NCBI GenBank assembly: GCA_047967505.1
Contig: CM106538.1
Length of the DNA: 64,000 nucleotides
Reading direction: 5' to 3' (one strand)
DNA from: Dipteris shenzhenensis
Taxonomy: Eukaryota
This document shows positions 12,701 to 26,200 of the stretch, piece after piece. Numbering within the stretch: the first letter of the stretch is position 1; every line of letters starts with the position of its first letter. The translations under genes were made by a program, and so were the position numbers. The notes under the pieces are model-generated. The model was given only the letters and a program-made list of their open reading frames with translations. It was not told the origin of the DNA and did no database searches.

Positions 12701-14227
12701 GGTGTGGAATTGGAGAGACCATGGTTGAAGATTGGTTAAAGTGGTGTGGAATTAGTCTATTGATGCACAAAGTGTGACAATAGATCTTAACTTTAGGAGA
12801 TCGGCTACAATAGCGAGATCCTTCTCTCTATGAGCCAATCTCCCTAGATTGTAACTCAAGGAGTTAGTTGGCTAGCCACACTCGTAAATAAGTCTAAAGT
12901 ACCTTTACAAGAGAGTAACCAAAGCTCAAAATAAAAAAGTCCCAAGTGCAAGACTTGTATTTCAACCCATCATATCCCATGGAAATGATGCAAATTTAGT
13001 TTGACTCATGCATAGAAAGTAAAATGCCAATTGATTGCCGTTTAGTTCTTTATAGATTATCATCTTGGCCTCCATAAACTCTCTAATGAGCCTTACTAGG
13101 CAAAAAAGGCTGGAAGAATTGTAGATGGTGGGGAGAATGCTATTGAGCTTATTCTATGCTTCAATGACTAGCCTAAATGCCAGAAGTCATGACCATGCGA
13201 GTTGATTGTATAGCTACGTCCAAATCAATTGTTTCCATGTTCAAGCGTGCACTTCAAGAGAGCAGTGTAATTATGTCCTCTTCCACCTTGGCATCTATGG
13301 TGGCCAATTGAGTTATAATACTATGGAGCTCACTAATAAAATCACTTAGCTTGACATTTTCAAAAAAGTGTAGATTATATAATTTGACTTTGAGTGCAAT
13401 AAGAGTGTGCTTGGTACTCTCTCAATAGAGTTGATCCAACTGATTCATTTGATAGCCATCAAACCATTTGATGTAGGAGGGTTTCATACTTAGCAGACCC
13501 AAATCAAGTACCTCTTGATATATGGAGGTTTGTGGCCCTATGGGGTGCTGACTAAATGAATGAGCTTAGGATGTATATTAAGAGCAAAAACGGCCAATAT
13601 TTGCTCTTCGATGTTCTATTCAGGAACATTCCCAAACTCATCCTCTAAAAACATTTCCAAACTCAACTATTTGGTATTGCTTCAACTATTTCATGCATGT
13701 ATTACTAGAATAGTCTTGTATTTGCATTGCCGTGATATGCCAACTCATTGAGGATTTGGAAGAATCCCCATATGAGGTTATAAATGTGTATACCTAGATG
13801 AATCCAGGAACCTAGATAAATGTGTATACCTAGATGAATCCAGGAACATTCCCAAACTCATCCTCTAGATTTTTCCCTCTAAGAAGGAAACTTGCGGTTG
13901 TGTGCATTGTTGGTTTGGTATTTTTTGCAACTAGTTTTCATCATAGGCATGGTGTAAATTTTGTTGTATCTGTCTCTTAAGGGAACCTCTTTTTCAAGGA
14001 AATGTCCAACTACATTGCTGAGTCACATTTACCTTCTCCATTTTTTCTTAAGGAAACCTCTTTTTCAAGAAACTGTCGAACTACACTGCTGAGTCATATT
14101 TACCTTCTCCATTTTTTCTTACCCAATAAACTAGCAATGAATTCACCACATGTACGTAGGAGTGATTTTCTAGGCAGCACTCAAATGTGTGTGTGTGTGC
14201 ACACATGCACACGTGCGCGCATACATG

Positions 14228-14282
<55 letters not shown>

Positions 14283-17200
14283 ACTCACTTACACTCATCC
14301 CCTTTGGAACCCTAGCAGTCTTTGGGTTTAGAACCTTGCATTCTTTGTGGTTGTCAGCACTTTGATTGTCCATGGGGACATCATGGATCTTTTTCCCATA
14401 TGTAAAACGAAGGACCACAATGTCCATTATGAGATTGTCTCTGCAAGACATTATGAGATTTGCCTCACATTGCATAATATGATCATGGGAAATGAATAGA
14501 CAAATACGAGTCTACTTATGAGAGAGATCACCTGACGATTACAAATGGCTGTCAGGGATGTATTGTACCATACATAATTCATAATGGCCTAAAATGGAGA
14601 AGGACTTAGATTTAAAGGCATCGGAGAGTACATCTCACCCTACAGTTTTGGTGGGAAAAAGATTAGTACTTGGGGATGGAGAAGGAAGCTCCCATTTCTT
14701 TTCCCCCTTCTTTTGTCTTGGGGGAATCTTGCCCATTCTTCATACTACACAAATTGAAGTCAAGCAGCAGCTGAAACCTTCAAGCAAATGGGGGAGCTGG
14801 AGTGAGCCTATTGGCGCTATGACACATCAATTAAGGAGCCCTTTTTGAGTATGGACAAGATGGGCAGCTTCATATATGAAGCTAGGTGTGAAACACTCAG
14901 CTCTAGCCAGGTGAGTCTTCTTATATTAGGTTCTCCATCACGAGAGAAACTCAAGTGTCCATTCGATATTACAATGGATATTGTGTCGTTCAGGTTAGAG
15001 GGCACCATGCCCTCCTTCAAAATTCTTTATGTGAAGTGACACTACTATAACTCCCAAATGAATATCCGTTGTATGAGAGGAGAGCTTACAAATTCCTACA
15101 AAGGATTTGGCAGTGGTCCATCTAATGGTGCAAATCACTGATACGATTCCATTGAATGGTTCATAGGAGCATGTGAGAAATCAGCAACGGTGGTAGTCAC
15201 AAAGCTTCGGAAAGGTGGATCTCTTTGCAAGCATGTGATGAGCATAAAGCTTGGTCGCTTGGACCTTTGGTGGTGGTCCCTTAAGTGCAAATTCTTCATG
15301 GACCTTGCTGCTGTAGGCTTGTGTATAGCTGGAAGACCTCGCTTCTCCAACTAGCAGCACATTGTTGTTATGTAATCCTAGGGATCTTAGGAGTCTCTCT
15401 AATACTGGGAATTTCTTTACACTTCCAGTATTCGTGACTACGTGAAAATAAAACCTTCCTTGTATGCGTGGCTGCTGCTAAGACTAATTATACACTTACA
15501 CACTAGTAGAGCTCATTGGATAGCTCAAAGTATATTAGAGGTTCACATTCCTTTGTGCTTATAAAATGTCTTGGAGATGGATATTGTATATGTGCAAAGT
15601 TACACTCATTTGCTTGGCAATAGCACTTGGATATCAACATAGTAGAAGCAAAAAAGGCCTGGTGGCTAATGTACCAGACATGGGTGTCGATGGAACACTC
15701 ATAGCACACACACTACCTCTGGTGATTTGTTCTTTACGATAGCCCACTAGATAAACAGGGTAGAAATGAACTGGGAATAACATCCTTCATGCTTTGAGAA
15801 ACATCAAGATCCTCCATGCACTCTATGGGCTCCGGATAGAGATCTACGCGAGGTCCTTTTGTCGTATATGACTATGGACCCCACCTTGACTGGCTTTAGC
15901 TGACCACCGACCAAGAAGCAAAAATTTCAGAATCAGGGTTGATTCGGTTGAATCGTCTGTGGGGTCTAGTTGTGAAGTGAAGAATTGTATATGTTGCAAT
16001 AGTTTTGAATTGTAGCCTATAGGTCACCTTCAATATGCAAAGACTATGATTTTTAGAGCCTAGCAGTTAGCGTGTTCATTTGGTGGGCGTGATTGTTAAG
16101 TCTATTTTGTGATCGACATAATGAATAGTGCTCAACCAAAAAATCAGCTCGACTATATTTTAAAGGAAAGCCTTGGACGTTTTTGTCACCTTCATATGGA
16201 GTGATGGCTCTGACGAGTCCATCGCCTTCGATATGCAATTGATTTGTCCTATTGTCCTAGCCTATCATCCACATATATATATGGCCCTAGTACCTCCTCC
16301 ATGGCTATGTCTTTAGATTCAATCAGTAATTCGTTGGACATATTGGTGATGATGGCAGACACCCACTTAGAAAGTTAACGTGTTGGATTGAACACCATTG
16401 TGCACAGTAGAAAAACACTATGTGGGTGATTGAAAGGGGAGGAAATGTTGTGGACTTCACATGGGAAGGGAAAGTGTGTAAGTTTGAGATTGGGGAGGGG
16501 AAATGGAGGAACGTGAATGAGCTGCCTATTAGTAGCAGTTGTGGATGCTCCAGGGCACAAATTGAACATTGTAATGGCCCCAGTGCTCACTAAATAGGGT
16601 CCTTCAAGCCCCGGAGCCTCAGCCCATGGATGATTCCGGCAAGGGCTCTCAAGCTTCCGACTCTCCAACTGTCAGGGTGGGGTCCATAGTCAAATAAGAC
16701 AAAAGGACCCCGCGTCAATCTATCCTAGGCCCACTCTATGTAGCAACCTCTTGCGCTCTCTAGTTGACGATAGGAAACTAACTCAAGAGACAACCTCTCT
16801 CATATATGGTCAACCTTTTCGACTATTACTTTATCTATTTCATTACATGACTAATTTGACATGAGCATCTCTTATGTTGTCCAAATTGGTCATGGCACCA
16901 ACAATTTACGTACATGGAATGCGCAAAAGTCTGTGTACCTTTACCCCGACTAGAAAGTAATGGATAGCCTTGAACATTACGTAGCTTCTCGTAAACACCA
17001 CGTTCGGGCTTCCACCTACCATTCGAGTCTTTGAAAACACTATAGCAGTAAGATAGGCTAGAGAAATTTTGGGCGCTAAGTTATGAATGTGTACGCGACT
17101 ACTATAAAGCTATTGGCAATCGATGAGAAAACTGTGTTAACAAGGAAATCTATCGACTGGCTAGTCTCCATTTCCAACAGTGGCTTCCCGACATGGCAAA

Positions 17201-20200
17201 GCATTCAAATGGTTCCAGGAAGGAGCGAATCTTTGTTTCTTGCACTGACCATGGGCTTCCAATCATGCTAATAATCATCTACTATTTCCACGATTCATTG
17301 TTATTCATTGTCTACTTATGGCTTGGCCCTCCTTGCTCCTTTCCGGAAGGGGATGGTTCCTTCCTTCAAGGGCCCGGCCCCTCCCTTCATGTCGCTTCCT
17401 CTTTCCTTGATTTGACCTTCCTGGTTGCAAGCTCAGCCTTTCTTGCTCCTTTCCTGAAGGGGGATGGTTTTTCCCTTCCTCGCAGTCTTGGACTTCTTCA
17501 ATTTGAGCTCCTTGTCTTTTGCATTTTTTGCCCAAATGGCAAATTGAGCTGCAGCATCTACTTTCTCGTCGTAGATAGCTATAACAAGCATGCACATTTG
17601 ATCTATCCATGACCTAGGCAATGGCAAATGGCATTCTCTACATAGCGATCTTGCATACACAAACACCCCAAAGAAAAAAACGTGCACAGGGTGGTAGCAT
17701 GTAGGCCATCGGATCTTACAGTCATCTATGATGGGGGTATGGTAGACCATGCATTTCGGACCCTACTGCACAGCAGGATGGGCATCCGATTTAACTATTG
17801 TGGTCTTTTATACCACAATCTTGCTCTGTACATGATGAAGTTGCTTCTTGATTCCTTCCTCCCTCATCCTAAGGTTGCGGATGTTCTCCTTAATCTCCTC
17901 CACTCTTTGATCACTCTGTGCAATAGCTTTATTTGAATTCCTCAGCATCTGTTGAAGCTGCTTAAATTGCTCAAAAACATCAACATGGGCCGTTTCCAAG
18001 ACTTCCACTCTAGTTTCAAAATCTCTCATGACGAAAGACTGTTGTTTAAAACTGTTGAAAGCCATGGCAAGCTCGTGCACAACCTATCGTGATCTTGTTG
18101 CAGGGTCTTGTAGCTTACTCTTTGAACTTCCAACAATGTTTCGAATAAACAACGCTCCAACTTGCTCCACCATTTGGCTACTCTCAGCATCCTTCCTAGA
18201 CTGGAGAGCTACCTCATTGTCTTCTCCTCCCCGATTGCTCTCCGCCCCATCCTTCTTGGCCTTGAAGGTCTCTCACAGTTCTTGCATCACTGCTCTAGTT
18301 TCTGCGTTCTCCCTTTTCAGCTCCTCCATCATCTCATTGCTAGCTCCTTGTCCGTGATGTCCCCATCACTTCTAAGTTCTTCAAGCTTATCTCGAAGCTC
18401 CTTGATGTGCTTCTCTGCTTCTTCTCTTTCATGCCTTTCCATGTCGCCTATTTTTTAAGTGTGACTTAGCTTGCTCTTGTGCCTACAAGGCCCTTGTTTG
18501 TGCCTCCTCTACCTTGGCTTTTGAACCCTCCTTGAGAATTTTCTCAAGTTGCACTGCCTTTGTTGCATCAGTGGCTTTCTCTTGTAGAAAAGTCACCTTC
18601 TGAGACATCTTCTTATCGTATTGCCCAAAAATCCCTTTTAGGGTAGATGTCATTAGGTGCATTACAACTCCAGTGGACTGAGATGACAATTGGGATTTCC
18701 CATCCATGCAATTCTTCAGGGTGGTTATCACGCTCTTGGAGATCGCCTTTTAAAAAGATATATCATGTCCTTTCAGTTGCTCTACTACTTCTTGAACCTA
18801 CAAGAACTTCATAGTTTCTCTCATATCAGGACATAAGTGCATTGTCTTCTTCAACACATCTTGGAGGTTTGTCGGCAAGCTAGAAAGCTTGACTCCACCG
18901 TCTTTACTAATCTGAGCATTGGGGTATACATCTAGAATATCCTGTCTCTTCCACTGCTTCTTGAAGAAGTGTGCTTGCAAATTGCCTCCATGAATGCTTG
19001 TGCATTTCCAATCACGCTTTCAGTGATGGTAATCTTCTGACCTTGACAGACTGTTTCTCCCTCCTTCATGTTCACCTCCTATACCAACCTAGTGAAGTTG
19101 CTAAGAGCATCCAAATTGGGCTTTTGAAAAGCGAGTGAGGAGCTCCCAAATGTCACGATTTCAAGATCAAGGAAGGAAAGGCTCTCGCACTTTGCTGCAG
19201 AGGGGGAGGAAAGTTTATGTGAGGAGCTCTCGAATTGTGCAGGGTCCATTAGAGAGGGGATAGAAGTTCCAAGAAGAGTGCAAGGGAGATAGAAATGGTC
19301 AAAGGGAATAGAAGATGAAATAGTGAAGGAAATGGAATAGTGGAGGCTTGAGTTTGCAGTCTAAGTCCAAGGGAGAAAGAAAGAGTCGAGAGGGATAGAA
19401 GATAAAATAGTTAAGGGAATGGGATAGTGGAGGCTTAAGTTTGTAGCCCGACTACATTGCCAAGGTGAGAGCCACTGTGGTGGTTGGCTTGAATTTTGAT
19501 TAATTCAAGGCGATAGTACTGCCTTGCATGGTAATGAGTGATTAGAGGTGGTGGCGTCTAAGATTACCAGCCATGTCTGTGGTGGCAGCTAAGATTCTAC
19601 TAGGCTGGCAGTTAATTACCAGCCACTGTAGTGGCCCGCAATTACTCACCTTCCAATTACCACCACCGGGGTTGCATGCATGATTACCACAAGTGTAGTA
19701 AATTACCAATCATCATGCTTGCATGTCAGTAGAGTACTAGAGTACATGGTAATGAGTGATTAGAGGTGATTAGGCTTCATATTTTACTTTTGTGGTAATT
19801 ACTATCCGGTGGTGGTGGCTAATCATGATTAGCCATGTCTATGGCCATCGAAATTACTAGCCACTACAGTGGCCCATAGTTACTCACCTGCCAATTACCA
19901 CCACCAGGCTTGCATGCATGATTACTACGAGTGCACTAAATTACATGTCACCGAGCTTACATGATCTATAGAGTACTAGAGTGAGAGTGCTCTCAACGGA
20001 AGCAAGAATGGAAGAAGGAGAGAGAGAGATAGAGAGCCACACAAGTTTTGGTGGGTGCAGAACCACCCTAATCTTCTTTTTCATTTATTTATATATGTGT
20101 TTGAGTATTGTACATAACCGGGGTTAAGGCACAGTGACCTTTAACCCCCACAACCTCCCACTTAAAGGACAATGTGCCTTTAAGGGAGAATAACTAGTGA

Positions 20201-23200
20201 GCATACTATCCAATGCCCATCAATACACAACAATACTCAAACTGCTGACTAGGTAGACTCTTCGTCAGCATATCTGCAGGGTTATCATCTGTATGAACCT
20301 TGACAAGCTCTATGCGCTTGTCCTCAAGTAGATGAAATGGTACCTGACCTCAATGCGTTTGTTCTTTGCATGAAAGACCGAATTCCGTGCTAGCTGAATA
20401 GCACTCATGGAATACTATGCAATGTCGGTACACCTGTATGAATCCCCAAATCTCCCACTAGCCGATCAAGCCATATAGCCTCCTTGCAACCCTCTGTGGC
20501 TGCACATACTCAGCCTCTGTGGTAGACAAAGCAATGCACTTCTGTGCGCGAGACATCCACGACACTGAACCACCTGCAAAGGTGAACACATAACCAGAAG
20601 TGGATCTCCTACTATCCACATGCCCTGCATAGTCTGAATCTGTGTACCCAAGTACACGCATGTCTCCTTTACCAAAGCAGATGCACATCTCTTTGGTACC
20701 TTTCATGTACCTCATGATGCACTTAACTGCCTCTCAATGCCTCTTTCCTAGATTAGCCATATACCGGCTAACAACTTCCACTGCAAATGCAACTGCAAAT
20801 GCAATGTCTGGTCTAGTAGCTATCATAGCATACATAAGACTCCCAACTGCTGATGCATAAGGAACCTTGGCCATCATGGCCCTTTCCTCATCTGATTTGG
20901 GACTATCTGTATGACTCAGTTTCACATATGGAGGCAATGGAGTACTCACTTCCTTCCTCCCCTCCATATTGAAACGCTGCAATACTTTTATAACATACTC
21001 TTTTTGTGAAAGCCAAAGGAGTTTCCTACTCCGATCACGTGTGATGCGCATACCAAGAATATGACCTGCAAATCCCAAATCCTTCATATCAAAGGCCTCA
21101 TGCAACTTGGCCTTTAATGCATCTAGCTCATAAGTATTCTTGCTAGCCAATAGCATATCATCCACATATAGTGCCAGGATTATCAGGCTATTATCCTTAG
21201 CCCTTTTAGTGTAGAGGCAGTGATCAATTTCACTCCTTCTAAAACCCTGGGACCGAATAAAAGCATCAAACTTCTGATACTATTCTCTAGGTGCTTGCTT
21301 AAGACCATAGAGACTCTTCTTCAGCTTGCAAACTAAATGCTCTTTGCCCTTTTCTTCAAAGCCTTCCGGCTGCACCATGTAAATTTCCTCATGCAAATCC
21401 CCATGCAAGAAAGCTGTCTTGACATCCATTTGCATAAGCTCCATATCCTCTACTGCCACTAGTCCAAGGATGCATCTAAGTGTGGTCATCTTCACAACCG
21501 GAGAGAATATCTCATCAAAGTCCACACCCTTCTCTTGCTTGAACCCTTTAGCAACCAAACGGGCCTTGTACCTAGGCACATCATCACCTGTGACCTTCAT
21601 TTTGTAGACCCATTTACATGGCAATGCTTTCTTTCCATGTGGCAAAGAAACCAAGTCCCAAGTCTTATTCTTCATAAGTGAACTCATCTCTGATTGCATA
21701 GCATACTCCCACTTGCGTTGATCCTCACGCATCATAGCCTCTGTATAGCAAGAAGGCTCCCCGCAATCAATAAGCATCACATAGTCTACCCCTGGAACAA
21801 ACCTATCAGGCGGTCTAGACACTCTAGATGATCTTCTCAAGGGCATTTCAGCTTGCTGTCCCACTTGCATATCAGCCACATTTGGCTCATCATTTCCACC
21901 AATAGATGATCCATCATCTACCCTTGATTGTATACCTGTGGGAGTACTTGGTGGTACCATTTCTTGCACATTTGGTGCATGGACAGCTTGCTGTCTATCA
22001 ACATAGGCAGGTGGATTCACATCCTGGAAAGTGATTCTCCTCATTTCCACATCCCTCATGGGTGCCTTATGCATCTTCTTCTCATTGAAGACCACATCAT
22101 GGCTGCGTATGATCTTCTTTGCTTCTGGATCCTAGAGACGATAGCCCATCTCTCCACTTTCACCATAACCTAGAAAGATGCATTTCCTAGACTTAGGATC
22201 TAGCTTCTTTCAAAGCTCTTTTGGCACATGTGCATATCCTCACACCCAAATATATGCAAATGAGAGTAAGAGGGCTTCTTTCCACTCCATGCCTCTTCAG
22301 GAATACCACCATCCAAACTCTTACTAGGTGATCTATTGATCACATGCACTGCAGTCTTCATTGCCTCAGCCCAAAAACCACCAGAAAGACTTGCATTGGA
22401 AAGCATGCATTGCAACCTTTCTTGAATGGTACGGTTCATCTTTTCTGCAACTGGACTTTGCTCTGGAGTACGAGGGGATGTGAGCTCCCTCTTAATCCCA
22501 CGTGTATCACAGAAATACTGAAAGTCATGAGAGAGATACTCTCCACCATTGTCAGTCCGTAGGCATTTAAGCGTTCTACTTGACTGATTCTCAACCAAGG
22601 CCAGCCATTTCTGAAATACCTGGAACACATCACTCTTTCGAGCTATAGCATAAGCCCACACTTTCCTAGTTGCATCATCAATGAATGTCACATAGTATTC
22701 AGCCCCGCCTAATGACCGTGTAGGCATGGGACCACATACGTCTGAATGCACCAAATAAAGCATTTCAAACTCTTTCTTTCCCCTTCTTTTATGGGCTGAT
22801 TTAGTCTGCTTCCCATAGAGACAGTGCTCACAAAATTCAAAATCAGAGAAACTCAAATGTGGTACATAACCCAAACGGCATAAGAGTTTCATTCCATTCT
22901 GGCTCATGTGCCCCAACCTGCAATGCCACAAAGAAGTGCTTGGCTGCTCGGTTATTGCAACAACATGATCAAATACCCCTGATACATGTAAGGGATACAA
23001 AGTCCCACACTTGGCACCCCTGGCCAAAAGCATAGAGCCCTTTTGAATTTTCCAACTCTGAAAGCCAAAAGTGGTGTGAAAACCAGCATCATCTAGCTGA
23101 CCCACTGAAATAAGACTCTTGGTTAGCTTAGGCACATGTCTCACATGTTTCAAAACAAATGCAGATCCATTTGCAAAAGAAAACTTTATGTCACCTGCTC

Positions 23201-26200
23201 CCACTATGTCACATGCATAGTCATTTTCAAGATGCACACAACCTGTCTTTCCACTATCATAAGTGGAGAACCATTCCCTATGGGGAGTAACATGGAATGA
23301 AGCACCAGAATCCAAAATCCAATCCTGGGAATATGCATCATCTGAAGTGGCAAGCAACTCTGCAGATAAACTAGACATGAAGAGAACGTCATTGTCACTA
23401 TCATGTGTGACTGCATTGATCTCCTTGATCTTCACTTTTCCTTTGTCATCCCTTGGACTCTCTTCCTTTTGATTTGCACCCCAATTTGCATTCTTTTTCT
23501 TATCCTTTTGCTCTCTTTTCAGCTTGTAGCAATCCTTTTTCATATGGCCCTTCTTGCCACAATGGTAACACTCAATGTTCCGTGCCCTGGATTTGCTACG
23601 AGACTTCCCCCGTGCCCTGGATTTGCTACGAGACTTCCCTCTTTTTTGGGACTTCCCCCTGAACTGTGATCTGCCCCTTTGCACATTTAAGGCTGCATCC
23701 TGCTTGTTGCCATCCATAGACTTCCGTCTAATCTCCTCGGCCAACAAGCTACCCACAACATCATCAAATTTCAGCACTGCACCAGGTGCAGAGTTACTGA
23801 CAGCTGTACGGAAGGTATCCCATGAGGATGGCAATGAACATAAGAGAAATATTGCCTTAGTCTCCGCATCAAAATTCATTTTCTGAGCCTGAAGCTGGCT
23901 GAAAATAATATTGAATTCATTCAAGTGAGAAGCAATGGAGACCCCTTCCTTCATCTGCAGCTCAAACAACCTCTTCATGAGGTAAACTTTATTAGAGGCA
24001 GTTTCCTTCTCATAAGTGGCACACAGTTTCTTCCACAAATCTTCCGTAGTCTGCTCATTTACTACTGTGAAATAAACTGACTCTGCAAGATGAAGTCTAA
24101 TAGTAGACTTTGCTAATGCATCCAACTCATTCCAATCATCCTCAGACATATCCGCAGGCTTAGCTTCAATACCTGCCAAGGGTTTAATCTGCTTCTTTTG
24201 AATAAGCACATCCCTTATTTGTTCTTTCCACAAAGAAAAGTTTGTCCCATCAAACTTTTTAATGCTGAAAAACTCCTTTTCAGACATGGAAGAGGATGCC
24301 ATGATGCAAATAAAGCAAAATCCCAAATGCTAGTGCCTGCAAGAGAGAATCACACCAAATACCAGGTGCACCCAAATGTGTATGCCACAATAGACTGAAA
24401 TATCACAAAAAACTCAAAGCTCAAAGCATCAAAAGATGCATCTGACTCATGTGCATATATCTGCTATCTGCTCATGCAATCTGCCCACTGATAAACTTCT
24501 TGGTAAATGGTAAAAGGTCTTATTTAATAGCATGTTATGAGTGTGAAACCGCATGTGAGCGAAGGGACTGACAACGATTAGGAACTAGTTAGAAAAATTT
24601 GAGCATGGCTTCGATTGGCAACCTAGAGAATTGTCTCTCCTCTAAGGCAATCTAATCTATGCTAAACTATGCTAAACCAACCGTCGAAGCGAAGAAAAGC
24701 AATAAATCATTTCTTTTTCTATGTTCATTTTAATGTGTTGGGGTTTAAGAGGCTTAAATATGCAAAAGAAGGGGTTTTGATGTAGATATGCATCCATATG
24801 AGCAAATCTGGCCCAAAAGAAAATGCCAATAAGTGCCAAATGACTCAAGCATAAACACCGTCCACTGGCATATGCATCAATAATATCTCATCCAACAGAG
24901 CATAGCACTATCAGTGCATCACCTGCAATGTGTCAAAGCTGTCCCTCAGCTTAAAATAGCATCCATATGCAAAGCGTCCATAAAAAAATAGCATCCCACA
25001 AGGCAATTTGGGCCTATCAGCGCATCCAATAAGGACCGCAATGCATCCAAATGGCCTATAAATGATCCACTGCAACCCAATGCACACCACGAATGAGCAC
25101 ACACTGCTCAAACTGCAACCAGAGTGATCTGCATAAGGTATGCTCAAGAAATCATAGTCCCACGGTAATGAGCGCTACTGAAAATAGAACCTGAGATGCC
25201 TAAAAACATGGGTGCCATTGCATAATCGGAATCAGCAAGAAAATCTGCAAATATCTCTCTTCTGCCAGAACTCCAAAATCCCAACCGATGAGTGAGAAAT
25301 GGGAGTCAACACTTATCCACTGCCATGTGGCATAAATCTAAGGTTTCAAAACCTTAGAATGAAAAATGCATAACAGAGAGACGAAATCGAATACACAGAG
25401 ATCTATAACTCTGAAAATCCTCCACCGAATCACGCAAGAACTGACAGGTAGGGGTTTTTGGGTGTCCGGAATGCAATGGGATAGACGGTTTTGGAAACCG
25501 TGGTCTCAATCATTGGGTCCAACACACGGACTGAAAAATGTTTTTGGAAACAGAGCTATCTGTAAACTCCACCGGAACTGACAGATCTGCAAATGGTTGC
25601 TCCAAACTTGAGTTCCAACACCCGGGCAAAAAACGCAGGAACTGACACAGTGAGTCAGAAATCCAATGAAATGATCCTAGATTCAGGAATGAAGGTGTTT
25701 CCAGGCTTCTGAAGTAATGTGGACACCAAAAGCAAGCAATAGTTGCCTCTACAAGTCAATATGGAGTCTCTGTCATCGAACGGAACAGGGAAAAGCTCAA
25801 AAAACGATTTTTTCTTTGAAAACACTTAACAGGCTCTCAAAACCACTTCGCAAAGCCAAAGTGACTTTTCCAAAGGTTCCTCCAAGGTCTGTGCACACTC
25901 GGATGCAAGTAAAGTCACCCACAAAGCTTCTCCTTCCTCCCACAAAGCTGCTGAGCTACAAGCATTCACGCACGCTTAGCTAGATCACCCGGGCTTTGAT
26001 ACCAGTTGAGAGTGCTCTCAACGAAAGCAAGAATGGAAGAAGGAGAGAGAGAGACAGAGAGCCACACAAGTTTTGGTGGGTGCAGAACCACCCTAATCTT
26101 CTTTTTCATTTATTTATATATGTGTTTAAGTATTGTACATAGCCGGGGTTAAGGCACAGTGACCTTTAACCCCCACATAGAGTGCATGGTAATGAGTAAG

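Larger units (their letters stand above)
8150..13550 (-). mobile_element. Old, heavily degraded Copia relic that hosts the gag-only element
   Basis: gag-like [27 protein letters not shown] near 13320-13410; RT/RNaseH-like remnants on both sides of the nested insertion; boundaries approximate. Confidence 0.5.
19982..26177 (-). mobile_element. Full-length Ty1/Copia LTR retrotransposon, 6196 bp
   Basis: 171-bp LTRs (4 differences seen), TSD TAGAG at 19977-19981 and 26178-26182, PBS TGGTATCAAAGCC (tRNA-iMet type) at 25992-26004, PPT GTGGGAGGT, gag-PR-INT-RT-RH order. Confidence 0.97.
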
